A DNA stretch of 64,000 nucleotides from Tetramitus jugosus (taxonomy: Eukaryota > Protista > Heterolobosea), in assembly GCA_937625935.1 (NCBI GenBank), contig OW569351.1:186001-250000 (forward strand), read 5' to 3'. The notes beneath the pieces were generated by a model. It saw only the letters and a program-made list of their open reading frames with translations. It did not search any database and was not told the origin of the DNA. Made by a program: the position numbers and the translations under genes. The stretch's first letter is position 1. Each line of letters begins with the position of its first letter. Below, piece after piece: positions 1 to 10,884 of the stretch.

Positions 1-2
1 CG

Positions 3-130
3 AGTGATGTGGAGACCATGAGAGAAACAGAGTTTGTGAGATATGGAGGAGTGTTGGGTCACTTCTTGTTCAACTATGTGGACAGTACATTTACGATATT
101 GAAAGGACTGCGGCTGGCTGCAGAACAATA
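3..130 (+). CDS. Possible 3' end of a gene entering from the left edge (…SDVETMRETEFVRYGGVLGHFLFNYVDSTFTILKGLRLAAEQ*)
   Basis: Frame open from position 3 to TAA 128-130, with coding-like composition. No family recognised. Confidence 0.4.
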
Positions 131-344
131 AGTGAAATCGTCAATGCTGTCCTGCATGCAAGTGATTGTATTGGATGATCACAAATAAATACCGACTAAT
201 GACCAAACTTGACTTTTTGGCGGGCAATCAAAATTCGCTGTTGTAAAATTTTATTACAATGTGCGGAAAATTGGTGTGATTGCGAAAAACAATTTTATTG
301 GTCTGAAAAAAAAGTAACAACTAATCAGAAATCACACACACAAA

Positions 345-452
345 ATGAACACAAAGCTTATTGGTGCATTTGCTGCAGTTATCGTCGTTTCCTACTTCAT
401 GAGTGGAGGTCCAGAAAAGGAGTACAAGAAGGAACAAGGCAAGAAGCATTAA
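345..452 (+). CDS. 35-aa single-TM microprotein MNTKLIGAFAAVIVVSYFMSGGPEKEYKKEQGKKH (below ORF-track cutoff)
   Basis: ATG follows an AC-rich leader (cacacacacaaaATG) like other genes here. Hydrophobic segment then charged tail. TAA 450-452. TTTTTGGCGGG lies upstream at 214-224. Confidence 0.6.
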   Translation: MNTKLIGAFAAVIVVSYFMSGGPEKEYKKEQGKKH

Positions 453-606
453 ATTATCAAAGTTTGAAGAACATAAAACGACAACAGGGCACAAGAAGAG
501 AAATCAATGAAATTTCGACTCTAAAGCCACTATGACACACTTGGACTTTAATAAATCGGAACCTATTTGTATAACAAAATAATGAAGTTTTTTTGTTTGT
601 TTCATT

Positions 607-3600
607 TCAATGCATGTGGATTCTGACGGGTAGGCCGTAGCAAACCATGGCCGACCCCATGAGGTATCGCAGTTTACACTGATCTCGTGCGCTTGCGACA
701 AGTTTCGTCAATTGTGTGCCTTCTTTGTGCTGGGCCAATTCGTCACACATCCCATCAATCATGTGTTGAGCCATGCGATCACATTCGTTGCTTGTTACAT
801 CCCAGAGAGCACTGACCACACATGGACTGTTTGCAAATAAGAATGAATGCACAGTTCCAGATGGTTCATAGTGTCCATTCTCAGCCAGAGCGCCACTGCT
901 GCATCCCAGAAGAAGAGACACGGAACAGTTGGACACTTGTCTTCTGAGCACATCTGAATTGTAATACTGATTTCCTGCTCCATGACCCATGTAACTAGCA
1001 AAAAGAAACAATTATTGTTGATTAGTTTGATGAATAGAGTTGGTGTGCATGATGCAGAGTCTACATACATTAATAAGGGGTAGTTCGAGAGGGCATGAAC
1101 AAATTCTTCATGAATGGGGGCTCGATCAATGATACCGCACCAGTCATTATTGCGCTCGAACTGAGGTTGAAATCTAGCTTGGGTTTTCTGTAAGTCCCCA
1201 CTCGGGTTCAGAATGTAGAAGCACTTGCTGATACTGACTGGCACTGAATAATGCAGTTGATCGCCACTCAATATTTGGATCTCATTCTTGAAGTGAGAGA
1301 GATGGCAATTGAGCAAATAAAGTGAAGGCATTCTTGTGATGCTTTGGTTACGAAGACAAGGGATCGATTCAATAGGCAACCTTTGGATAATTTTGTCCAA
1401 GATGAGGACGGTGTGATGACGTTGGAGATTGTTCTTTCGTACCTGGGTTTGTACTTTCTGGCCAAGATTAAAGAGGACATGATGTTTTGGCTTCTTGGCG
1501 AGAGGACTAGACAGACTTAATGAATCTTCTTGGGGCGAATTGGCGATACAATTTTCAACTATTGTAGTCGATGAATCGAGTCTTTGTCTTCTCCTCCTTT
1601 TGGCTAGTTGTGCGACTCTTGACACGACCGGGGTCACAACTTCCTCAGGATCATTGGGAAGAACAGACGATTCAGAGACGTTGCATGACTCATTAAATAT
1701 GGACAAAAATGACTCATAGAACAATTGGCACAGGTTGTCAATCTGTTCATCATCAACAATGTCGCTCAAATAATGTAGCCATTGCTTCAGTTCGCCGAGC
1801 GAAAGGCAGTCCACGTGAGATAAAATCAGACGGATCACATTGACGTTAACGCACTTGTTTGCTAACGATTGAATTTCGGTCTGTATCTTAGAGCAAACAT
1901 TTAAAAGGAAAGCATCCTTTTGTTCACTGAGTATTAAATTACCAGATAAAAGAATCTTCTTGAAACCCAAGAGCTCATTCTCCATGCTTAGAAGTAGTTT
2001 TCTCATTTTGTCATCCAGTTGTTCTCGCTGTTTCCAATATAATATTGTCTCTTCCTTCGTTTTAATGTTGTCAACATTTAAACCAAGCTTTCCATCACTC
2101 TTGATGATATCATCAAATGAATGATGTATAGTATACAAGAGAGAGTTAGGACATTTGAGATGAAGGTAATAAAGGGGATCATTGGATTGATCTGTTTGAG
2201 AATCAACAGTTTCGTTTTCTAGAATTTGACTGGTTTTGGAATTTGTGACACTAAATGTCAGAGGCTCCATACCATGTTCTAATCGACTCAGGATTAAGTG
2301 TTTATAGTCGTGAGATAGACTAACGGTGCACACGGAAAAACCTTTTGGGAGATGAGAGAGCGAGTCGATCAAGGATTTCCTGCTTTCTTGCTGAAGTTTG
2401 GTGGTCATGGGCATCTTGTCTAAGTTCGGATTCTCTAATGACAGAGATATCTTCTTTCTATACTGAATAATATCATTCTTAATATGGCTTAGCGAGATAC
2501 TCATACCAGAATTTAAAAGATATGATGACCATATCGGATCTTGTATTACAGCGCAAAGAGACATTGCTGACAACACTGGCTTAGTAATGGTAGGCGTTTC
2601 GAACGAGATCATAGATGTAGCTGTTGATAACTGGTCATATGCCATTTGATGGGCAAACTCATTAATTGTCTCTTCTTCCAGTTGAGCCAAGTATTCCACG
2701 CCTAAGTGATACCTGACAATCGCGGCATCTTGACTGTTCACATCTTGTATATATCTCAATGCCTTCGAAAACATGCTTGTGGCTTCTGCATATTGTCCTA
2801 AACTTTTCTTGACTACTCCATAGTGGCAATCTATCATTGATGTCAGCATAGAAATAGTGTAATGATCAGAATTGAGAAGCGAGCTGGATCCACCAATAGA
2901 TCTTCTACTTCCTTTTGATGGAGAAAGAATCATGGATCCTCTTCCATTCATATGGGATATCATTTGTTCTAGAAGCGATGTGGCTTGACTGAGACAATCC
3001 GAGGATTCAATAAATTGCTGAGAATCCCGGTAAGCCTCGCTAAGCTCGATAAGAGCAATTATTCTTTGTATTCGGTATGTACTATCGAGCTTATGCCAAA
3101 GTTTCATAGCATCCACAAGGAGCGATATTGTTTTTGCTGAACAACATTTCTTTCTCTCAATGTTACCCAGACTGGTAAGGAACTGAGCACAGAGAGATAT
3201 ATTGAAATGTTGACCGGACAATAGAAGCCCTTGATGAAGATAATGCGTCGCCTCTCGAGTATAGCCTCTACTTTCATAGATTTGACCCGTTTGCAGAAGA
3301 CTCAGGCATAAGTTGTTCACTCGTTCAAAGTTTGGACCAACACTTAGTAGGCTTGTTCGACATGATAAAGCACTTAGAGCACTCTCGATCGCTGAGAATG
3401 AATCAATGTTTTCTGGTATATTTCTACCTCTTAAATAACTTAATGCATAATAATATTTACAATCTGAGAGTAGATCCAGATATAGACGTCTTTCTGTCAA
3501 ATCATTTCGAATGTGCGCTATCGCTTTTAATCCTCTAGATAATGAGTCATATGTGATAAAGAAGTATGATTCAATAATAAGGAAAGCTATTTTTGACATT

Positions 3601-4913
3601 TCCAGTTTTTGGTCTTCTCTACTTTCCTCAAGAAGAGAATGTCCTTTTCGTATTAACTGTCGAGCAATTGTCATATCTCCAACATCAATGAAAAATCGGA
3701 CTGCTTGAACGTACCAACTGATTTTGTCGTGAATTGGAATAGATGATTTCTCTATCACGGGGGTCGCATTATGAAACAGAGTTACACATAATCCACTTCC
3801 ATAATATTCTAGAATAGAGGCTGTGATTTTACATTCATTGTATAAAGCTCGGTCGAAATGGTTCGGATCAACTTCATTTATCCACTTGAGTGCCTCCACA
3901 TAATAATTATCAATCGATAGGGTAATGAGATTAAAACCCTCAGTGATAGAACTTATGTCATACAATTTCTCAATTTCAATGTTCTGATGAAGATCAACAT
4001 TTGACAGCGATACTTTTGTTTGAATGGCACACGTGCCAGCTCGAAGCAGCACAATTGACATATAATAAGAGTACTTTTCCACATGAGAACAAGTTTTCAA
4101 TATGGCATAGCAACGGACAGCGTTATCAAGTGCTTGCCGTATCAATCCTTCATTCATTAACATCGTATTCTTCCGAAATAATAGTACCACATATTCTAAA
4201 TCTCGTTCCTCTTTGTACGACAACAGTTGATCAATAGAAATATCGCGTTCTTGTCTAAACACCACCGAATCGTACGATTCGTAACACTTTAGTTCTTCTT
4301 CAAGGAGGTATTTCCAATGCGTTGTAACAGCAAATTTATGCTTGTTCGTTTCGTTGGCGACAGTTTTTTGCTTTTGCAACAAATTATGCAAAGTAAAAGG
4401 TTGTAGATTGGTTGTTGTCACTGATCCATTTGATTGTTTCATTTTATATTTACATCGAACATATCTGTCTACTAAATCAATTATCTGAGTGTTTAAAGCT
4501 TTGTCTTCGTTCATTAAATGAAAATCCAAAAAAAATATAGTTTGAACAAATGATTGCATTGCTGCTTTAAATTGATCTGCCTTGAATAAACACCTAGATC
4601 TTAGCTCGTGAGCTTTCGTCATAGCACTCTTTGCTTTTTGAAGATTGTTCACCAGTGAAGTTTTGTTCTTGTCGGTCACTGGTGTCTTTGAAAGAAATTG
4701 AATGTATTGCATAAAGTGAGAAGCGCTGGTAGACAGCATATTGGCAGCTTCTGTAAATTGTTGGATTTGTTGTTCATTGTTGTTTGCAGTGCCATCACTT
4801 TTATTATAAAGCTTCACGGCTTCATTGAATAGTGAAGAAGCCTTTCGAAATACTTCAGTGCCATTGCTGGTTGTTGGGGTGGCGACTGTGGCATTACCTT
4901 CTTCCCGTGTCAT
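607..4913 (-). CDS. ESP1: Separase (peptidase C50), 2 exons, intron 995-1068, about 1410 aa
   Basis: Splicing GTATGT...TGCTAG restores LIYMGHGAG (catalytic His). LLGCSSG gives the catalytic Cys, followed by ALWDVT. Also LILDKIIQRLPIESIP/RMPSL, YILNPSGDL and a helical N-terminal region. Confidence 0.95.
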
Positions 4914-4965
4914 TGCCTTCTGTGTTGTGGCTCACACAAAATCAAATAAATCACAAAAGTCGCGA

Positions 4966-5009
4966 TTTTGGCGCCACAAAATTGTAACGGTCAGGACAGA
5001 ATTGGCGCG
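4966..5009. promoter_or_regulatory. Paired E2F-like sites upstream of separase
   Basis: TTTTGGCGCC (4966-4975) and TTGGCGCG (5002-5009), 50-95 nt upstream of the ATG. Confidence 0.55.
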
Positions 5010-5021
5010 AGCAAAATACAC

Positions 5022-5762
5022 CTAGCCAGCATGGTCATCATGGCAGAGGAACGAGTGGTTTCTTGTATAGTGGTATTGAAGTTGATTTGGGCCATACCTC
5101 CACTTTTGTTGAATTGATTCACCGTCGAGTAATCCAAGGGTGGCAACATCTCTCATCCGCAACCAATCCTTCCATGTGGTGGCTGTGTCAATAAACTCCT
5201 GTAGTTCTCTCTTTGTTTGATCAGTCATGTTGTGAGCTTGAACATTTGTTTGAAGCAACTCTCCGAGATCATGCTCCGTTTGGAAGACAACTACGGCTCG
5301 CAAAGCAAACCAAGTTCCGTACTCTGGATGATAGCTCAAGAATGACACTTGATTATCATAGTGCGCAAATTGGGCGATATGAGCTGCATGTTGCATCGCT
5401 ACAGTGGGTTTTCCTTCACGGGTCATGTGATGTCCATAACGAACTTCACTCGGAATTGATAGTTCAGTCAATGCCTTGTTAATCGACGAGACAGAGTATT
5501 CGTTGAGCGGATGCGGTGACGTGCTAAGAACTGGATCAGAGGCATATTTTTCGATAAATGGCTTCCAGAGTCGTTTCGTATTTCCTATGAGCACACCCAG
5601 CGAATCTTGTCTCGAGAAGGTGGGCAGCAATAAATGAGTCTTGTTGGAATCCGAAATAAAAAGGTTGTTGTAAGTGTTGACAGAGAATGGCTCAATGATA
5701 TCAAAGCCCAGTGGTGTTAGACGTTTGGAAAGTTGTTGGAGAATCTGATCTTGCTTCATCAA
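5022..5762 (-). CDS. MMACHC: Cobalamin-processing enzyme CblC/MMACHC homolog
   Basis: Motifs LIGNTKRLWKPF, HPLNEY, PTVAMQHAAHIA, HPEYGTWFALRAVVVF and YGPNQLQYHY match the CblC family. Confidence 0.85.
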   Translation of the reverse strand: MMKQDQILQQLSKRLTPLGFDIIEPFSVNTYNNLFISDSNKTHLLLPTFSRQDSLGVLIGNTKRLWKPFIEKYASDPVLSTSPHPLNEYSVSSINKALTELSIPSEVRYGHHMTREGKPTVAMQHAAHIAQFAHYDNQVSFLSYHPEYGTWFALRAVVVFQTEHDLGELLQTNVQAHNMTDQTKRELQEFIDTATTWKDWLRMRDVATLGLLDGESIQQKWRYGPNQLQYHYTRNHSFLCHDDHAG

Positions 5763-5842
5763 GTGTATTTGATTGTTTCTTTCTTGTTTGCAGAACGTGT
5801 GGCAAAGTGTGAAAAAATATTCTATTTACTTGCAATCGAAAA

Positions 5843-8119
5843 TTACAAAGTAGGACCATAAATTAGCATCTTCTTTGGAATGTCTGTGCTGAGGACTCTC
5901 ATTTGGAGAACGTGGAGAAATTGATGGAGCAGAGAGGTGCTTCTTCTACTTTGCTTTGGATTGAATCTGGTGGTCAATTCAGATCGGTAGTGCTTTCGCA
6001 ACTCTTCTGTTACATTTCTTCCATTCTCAAAAAATTGATAGGGACCGAATACGTGCTCATCCATTTCGCTCCACAGAATCGCAGCAAGATGTTTGAGACT
6101 GCATGTGCCTTTCCTGCTGTGTGTAGATTTCTTTGGCTTGGGCACTCTCTGTTCACATCCTCTCTTCAATTTTTTAGGTGTTACAGGTGTCAGTGGTCGG
6201 GCAGTCTTGATAGCAGCCATGTTAATTTCATTCATCAGGCGACCTCTAAGAGCATCAATGTAAGCTGCCTTGCATGTGATACTATCTACTGCGAAGTGAA
6301 TCGCATTTCTACAACAGACAAGCACAGAGCACATGTGAGCCAAGGAAGCATACTCTCCAAAGGTGAGATGACAAGTATCCAAATCTGAAAAGATATTGAA
6401 CTTTGTGGCACTTGGGTTCGGAGTGAATGACACATCAAACAATGAGATATCAATCTCCTTCAGTTTTGGACAGTTCTGAGTCACATAGTGGAACTCATCC
6501 ATTCTTATACCACATGTTTTCTCTCTCATTGCCTTTTGGTATGTGAGACTCTCTAGTTTGGGAGTGGCAAAAGAGGCAACATCCAAACCCATTCTAGATC
6601 TTCCATAATAGAAGTTCGAGACACCATAGCGACCGTTCTGTTGAACATCAGTTGGACCGCTTGTGGAGGCTGTATGACAAACGTTCATCTCAACAAACTT
6701 CAAGTTCTTCAATTGACCAAAGAGCGCATCCACTTGGCTCGAATTAGCAAATTTGATGTGGTCCATCTTGAGGAATGTCAGTGATTGACCACGGGCGACG
6801 AGACAGTTGAGGACGGATGAATCCATGTCCATATGAGAAACCTGGAGTGATTCTAGTGAGCAATGCTTCATAATCTGAACAAGACTTGAACCATATCTTT
6901 CAATTGTCAAGTGCTTTAGATTCTTCAGGTAGGGAGCAGCAGACAAAACTTCATAAGAACTTCCTCTATCCAGGGAGAGCTTATTCAAGTTTGCCATGGA
7001 TTTCAACAAATTGCACAGGGCTCTCTCACTTCTGCACACGCTCATCTCCAACACGTTGTCCAATTTGATGCCATTCATGTTCCCGGGCAGCAAATCTTCA
7101 ACATGCAGCTTGGTTAGCTTGTCGCATGTGTGGCTCAAAATTTTTCTCACTTGGTCAGGGGATAAGTATTGGGCCTTCAAGTCCAAAGTTTGCAGATTGG
7201 AGCTCAACTTTGATGAAATAGTTTCCAAGTGTGTCTCATCAGTTGTTCCATCACTCTCCTCATCACCAAGAGCTGTCAAACTCGACAGTTCATTCCAATT
7301 AACCGAGAGATGGTCATATTGATTCATGGACATGTGAATTCCATCCAAGTGTTTCAACTTTGGAGCTCTTGAGATGACTCTCTTGAGAAGTTGCTCAACA
7401 GGTGTCGCTTCTTGCCCATCACCATGCTGATAATACTCCATCTTAATTCTTTCAAGCATGGGGAAAGATACGTTGGATGTATTGTTAACGTCCAGTAGAG
7501 AAGGCAGAGAATCCTTGTTGCCGATGACTTGAGGAGCAGCAGGTGCATTATCATACTCTTCTTCATCAATGTTTTGACAAGTGTCATCATCCATCATCAT
7601 CATTGACTCACAGTCTCCCTCACACCATTGAATATGAATTTGCTTCAAATAGGTGTGAGTCAACTGCAATACCAATCCGAGATGCTCTGGGGACAAGTAT
7701 GAAAACCTTTGATGAGAAATTTTACAATTTTGAATGAATTGGATGGCTCCTCCAATCCTATTTGGATAAAAATTGAGCCAAAATTCATTCTTCTTGTCGT
7801 TTCCAAAAAATACATGACGGTTGTTCCAAATTTGAACACAAGTCATTGGATTTTTCAAAACAAACTCGTTGAAAAATCGATTCAATATTGAAATACGATT
7901 CACAAGGCATGTTTGATCCAAATATTCCAGTACCAAGTACAATAATTCTCTTGGTAGCTCCTGAATATGAATTTTGAAAAAACGATAGGTAGTGGTTGAT
8001 TGTGGCTGATTGAGTCCCACCAGGGACGATGCGCTAGAACATTTCTTGATTTGAGATTTGACAGCTAATATAGGTTGACTTTGCTTTGGGATAATTAACT
8101 TTGATAAAACCAATGGCAT
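5843..8119 (-). CDS. F-box/LRR-repeat protein
   Basis: F-box-like IQELPRELLYLVLEYLD followed by LxxLxL repeats (LQTLDL, LTKLHV, LNKLSL, CPKLKEIDI). Confidence 0.8.
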   Translation of the reverse strand: MPLVLSKLIIPKQSQPILAVKSQIKKCSSASSLVGLNQPQSTTTYRFFKIHIQELPRELLYLVLEYLDQTCLVNRISILNRFFNEFVLKNPMTCVQIWNNRHVFFGNDKKNEFWLNFYPNRIGGAIQFIQNCKISHQRFSYLSPEHLGLVLQLTHTYLKQIHIQWCEGDCESMMMMDDDTCQNIDEEEYDNAPAAPQVIGNKDSLPSLLDVNNTSNVSFPMLERIKMEYYQHGDGQEATPVEQLLKRVISRAPKLKHLDGIHMSMNQYDHLSVNWNELSSLTALGDEESDGTTDETHLETISSKLSSNLQTLDLKAQYLSPDQVRKILSHTCDKLTKLHVEDLLPGNMNGIKLDNVLEMSVCRSERALCNLLKSMANLNKLSLDRGSSYEVLSAAPYLKNLKHLTIERYGSSLVQIMKHCSLESLQVSHMDMDSSVLNCLVARGQSLTFLKMDHIKFANSSQVDALFGQLKNLKFVEMNVCHTASTSGPTDVQQNGRYGVSNFYYGRSRMGLDVASFATPKLESLTYQKAMREKTCGIRMDEFHYVTQNCPKLKEIDISLFDVSFTPNPSATKFNIFSDLDTCHLTFGEYASLAHMCSVLVCCRNAIHFAVDSITCKAAYIDALRGRLMNEINMAAIKTARPLTPVTPKKLKRGCEQRVPKPKKSTHSRKGTCSLKHLAAILWSEMDEHVFGPYQFFENGRNVTEELRKHYRSELTTRFNPKQSRRSTSLLHQFLHVLQMRVLSTDIPKKMLIYGPTL

Positions 8120-8453
8120 CCAGCTCTTTCGTTGAATAGTGTTGTCTCTTTTGCAACAAAATCAATTTGTTGTAGGTGTTGTTCTAGAAGGGAATTTTTA
8201 AAGAGAGAGAAGAGTGGTGTGTCGTTTGGTTGTTGTGTGTTTGTTTTTTTCTCGTGTTCCATGTGCGCAAAAAAAATTGTTTATTAGTATCGAAAGTCGG
8301 TGTGTGGTGGTTGGTGCCCAAAGCAGGAGTTTTATTGCAAATTGAACCTTCCGATATGAGCTATGAATAGGCGATTGTCGGCAATAATTTCCGAAGTATC
8401 TTTTTTTCCGTGATTCTCAAGTGCGAGAAAGATCAAAAAACACAAAAGGCAAC

Positions 8454-10883
8454 ATGAGCTCAGAAGAGACGATCGGGAACATCCCTCATGGAGATACCAC
8501 CAGTTCTCAACCCATATATTTAGATTACAATGCAACAACTCCTTTGCATCCCAGTGTGGGTATGGCGATGCTTCCTTTTCTCTCGGGCACCTCTGATTCG
8601 TTGTTCGGAAATCCCAGTAGTTCTCACGTTTATGGGACAAAGGCCAGGCTCGTTGTGGAGAATGCAAGGTCACAAGTTGCTCAACTGATGTGTTGTCAAC
8701 CTGATGAAATTCTTTTCACTGGATGCGGCTCAGAGTCCAACAATTATGCCATCAAGGGATTGTTATTGAATTCAGAGATGAATCAAATGGAGCGAGAGCG
8801 TGGTCAGAAGAGACGCCATATTATTACATGCAAAACAGAACATGTGTCTGTTTTGGAGGTCTGCAGATTTATGGAGAAGGAGTGCGGATGTCGGGTGAGT
8901 TATCTCGATGTTGATTCAGAGGGATTTTTGAGATTGGATCAACTAAAGCAATGCCTGTCGAATGATACTCTGCTCGTGACCATTATGCATGCAAATAACG
9001 AAACGGGAACAATACAGCCTATTGAGCGCATTGGAGAGATATTGGATCAATATGAGCAGGACCATGGGATCAGAATTTTTTTGCATTGTGACGCATCACA
9101 GAGCATTGGAAAAGTACCTATTGCATTGTACGAACGGATGATACCCAAGAGTCGCTCTTTGCCCCAATATTCAAACTTTTCTCGTGTGGATTTATTGACT
9201 ATTTGTCCTCACAAGTTTTATGGACCCAAGGGAATTGGGGCACTCTTTATCCGTGCCGGTACGGTTGGCGGAAAATTGACCAAGCAGATCCATGGAGCCA
9301 ACCACGAGCGAAATATGAGAGCGGGAACAGAGAATGTGATTTTGATTGCTGGATTAGGTAAGGCATGCGAAGTGACGAATATAGAATTGTTTGATCGGAT
9401 TCAACATATGAAACACATGAGAGATCGATTGTATTCTGGTTTGGTAGAGAAGTTGGGCCAGCAGTTCATTACCATTAATGGAGCGCTAGATACTTCGAAG
9501 CGATTACCCAATACACTGAATGTTAGTTTTAAGCATGTTGCTTCAAATACTCTATTGGACGAACTGGGTGATCAAATAGCTGCAAGCGCTGGAGCCGCTT
9601 GCCATACAGATGATGTGACTATATCTCACGTTCTAGAATCCATGAATGTAGATAAAGACGTTTCCTTGAATGCTATCCGTTTAAGTACAGGAAGGCTGCT
9701 GAACGAAAAGGATGTGGACAAAGCGGTGTCTGTTATCTCATCAGCCGTAAAACGTCTACAACCAAAGAGTGTAGATGAATTACTTAGTGGGGAATGTGAA
9801 ATAGATATGAATCCTAACTCAATTCGATTGACGAGTATGACTCATGGTCTCGGATGTGGATGTAAAATTAGACCTCAGTCATTGGAAATGATTCTTCAGA
9901 AAATTCCTAAAACAAATGATCCCAATGTCTTAGTTGGCACAGAGACCAGTGATGATGCTGGTGTTTATAAACTGACTGATGATATTGCGACAGTGATGTC
10001 CGTAGACTTTTTCACCCCAATGGTGGACGATGCCAGACAGTTTGGTGCAATAGCTGCAACAAATGCACTCAGCGACATTTATGCTATGGGTGGTCGACCC
10101 TTAACTGCTTTGAATATCGTTGGATTCCCAGTTCGGAGATTACCACTCGTAGTATTACAAGAGATATTGTTGGGTGCCCAAGAGAAGTGCAAGGAGGCTG
10201 GCGTTTCTATTGTTGGTGGGCACTCAATTGAAGATTCAGAGATATTCTTTGGTCAATCAGTAACCGGTATTGTTCATCCAAACAAAATATGGAAGAATGA
10301 GGGATCTAAGCCTGGAGATGTAATTCTCTTATCAAAACCTATTGGTGTGGGCATTATAGCAACTGCAATGAAACGAAACTCTGTTGGCCAAGGTTCACAA
10401 ATGGGACAAGCAGCTGTTACCACAATGTCACAATTGAACAAATATGTCGCAGAACTACTGTTAGAGAAAGAGTACACTGTTACTGCATGTACTGACGTCA
10501 CAGGATTTGGACTTCTTGGTCATATGAAAGAGATGGTACAGTCAAATAATCATCTATCTTTTACTGTTTCTGCTTCCCAAGTCCCTATTATCGAGGGAGT
10601 CCAAGAATTAGCTCGTATTCCTAGTCTTGTTCCTGGCGGCACTCTAAACAATCAGTTGTTTGTTCATGACATTGTGCACTTTGCTGCTGAAATCTCAGAG
10701 ACAACTAAGATTATATTATGTGATGCTCAAACAAGTGGTGGTTTATTATTTACTGTACCTGTAGAACAGTATACCAAATTGCAACATGAGTTTGATCAAA
10801 GGGGTATATTTGTCAAAAAGATAGGTTACGTCGAGCAGAGAGTCAATTTTTCAGATAACAAACAGATCCAAGTGATTGAATAG
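8454..10883 (+). CDS. Selenocysteine lyase/NifS-like PLP enzyme fused to selenophosphate synthetase (SelD/SPS, Cys form)
   Basis: N-half: YLDYNATTP, FGNPSS, HANNETG, HCDASQSIGK, PHKFYGPKG, RAGTEN, SAGAACH. C-half from about 9826: RLTSMTHGLGCGCKI, SDDAGV, VDFFTP, NALSDIYAMGG, VGGHS, TDVTGFGLLGH, DAQTSGGLL. One uninterrupted frame. Confidence 0.95.
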   Translation: MSSEETIGNIPHGDTTSSQPIYLDYNATTPLHPSVGMAMLPFLSGTSDSLFGNPSSSHVYGTKARLVVENARSQVAQLMCCQPDEILFTGCGSESNNYAIKGLLLNSEMNQMERERGQKRRHIITCKTEHVSVLEVCRFMEKECGCRVSYLDVDSEGFLRLDQLKQCLSNDTLLVTIMHANNETGTIQPIERIGEILDQYEQDHGIRIFLHCDASQSIGKVPIALYERMIPKSRSLPQYSNFSRVDLLTICPHKFYGPKGIGALFIRAGTVGGKLTKQIHGANHERNMRAGTENVILIAGLGKACEVTNIELFDRIQHMKHMRDRLYSGLVEKLGQQFITINGALDTSKRLPNTLNVSFKHVASNTLLDELGDQIAASAGAACHTDDVTISHVLESMNVDKDVSLNAIRLSTGRLLNEKDVDKAVSVISSAVKRLQPKSVDELLSGECEIDMNPNSIRLTSMTHGLGCGCKIRPQSLEMILQKIPKTNDPNVLVGTETSDDAGVYKLTDDIATVMSVDFFTPMVDDARQFGAIAATNALSDIYAMGGRPLTALNIVGFPVRRLPLVVLQEILLGAQEKCKEAGVSIVGGHSIEDSEIFFGQSVTGIVHPNKIWKNEGSKPGDVILLSKPIGVGIIATAMKRNSVGQGSQMGQAAVTTMSQLNKYVAELLLEKEYTVTACTDVTGFGLLGHMKEMVQSNNHLSFTVSASQVPIIEGVQELARIPSLVPGGTLNNQLFVHDIVHFAAEISETTKIILCDAQTSGGLLFTVPVEQYTKLQHEFDQRGIFVKKIGYVEQRVNFSDNKQIQVIE

Positions 10884-10884
10884 C

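Noticed and set aside
795-1068. C-terminus of the 1372-aa ORF as the real separase end
   Set aside because: It reads through an intron into the wrong frame. The catalytic His and Cys lie in the 607-994 exon.
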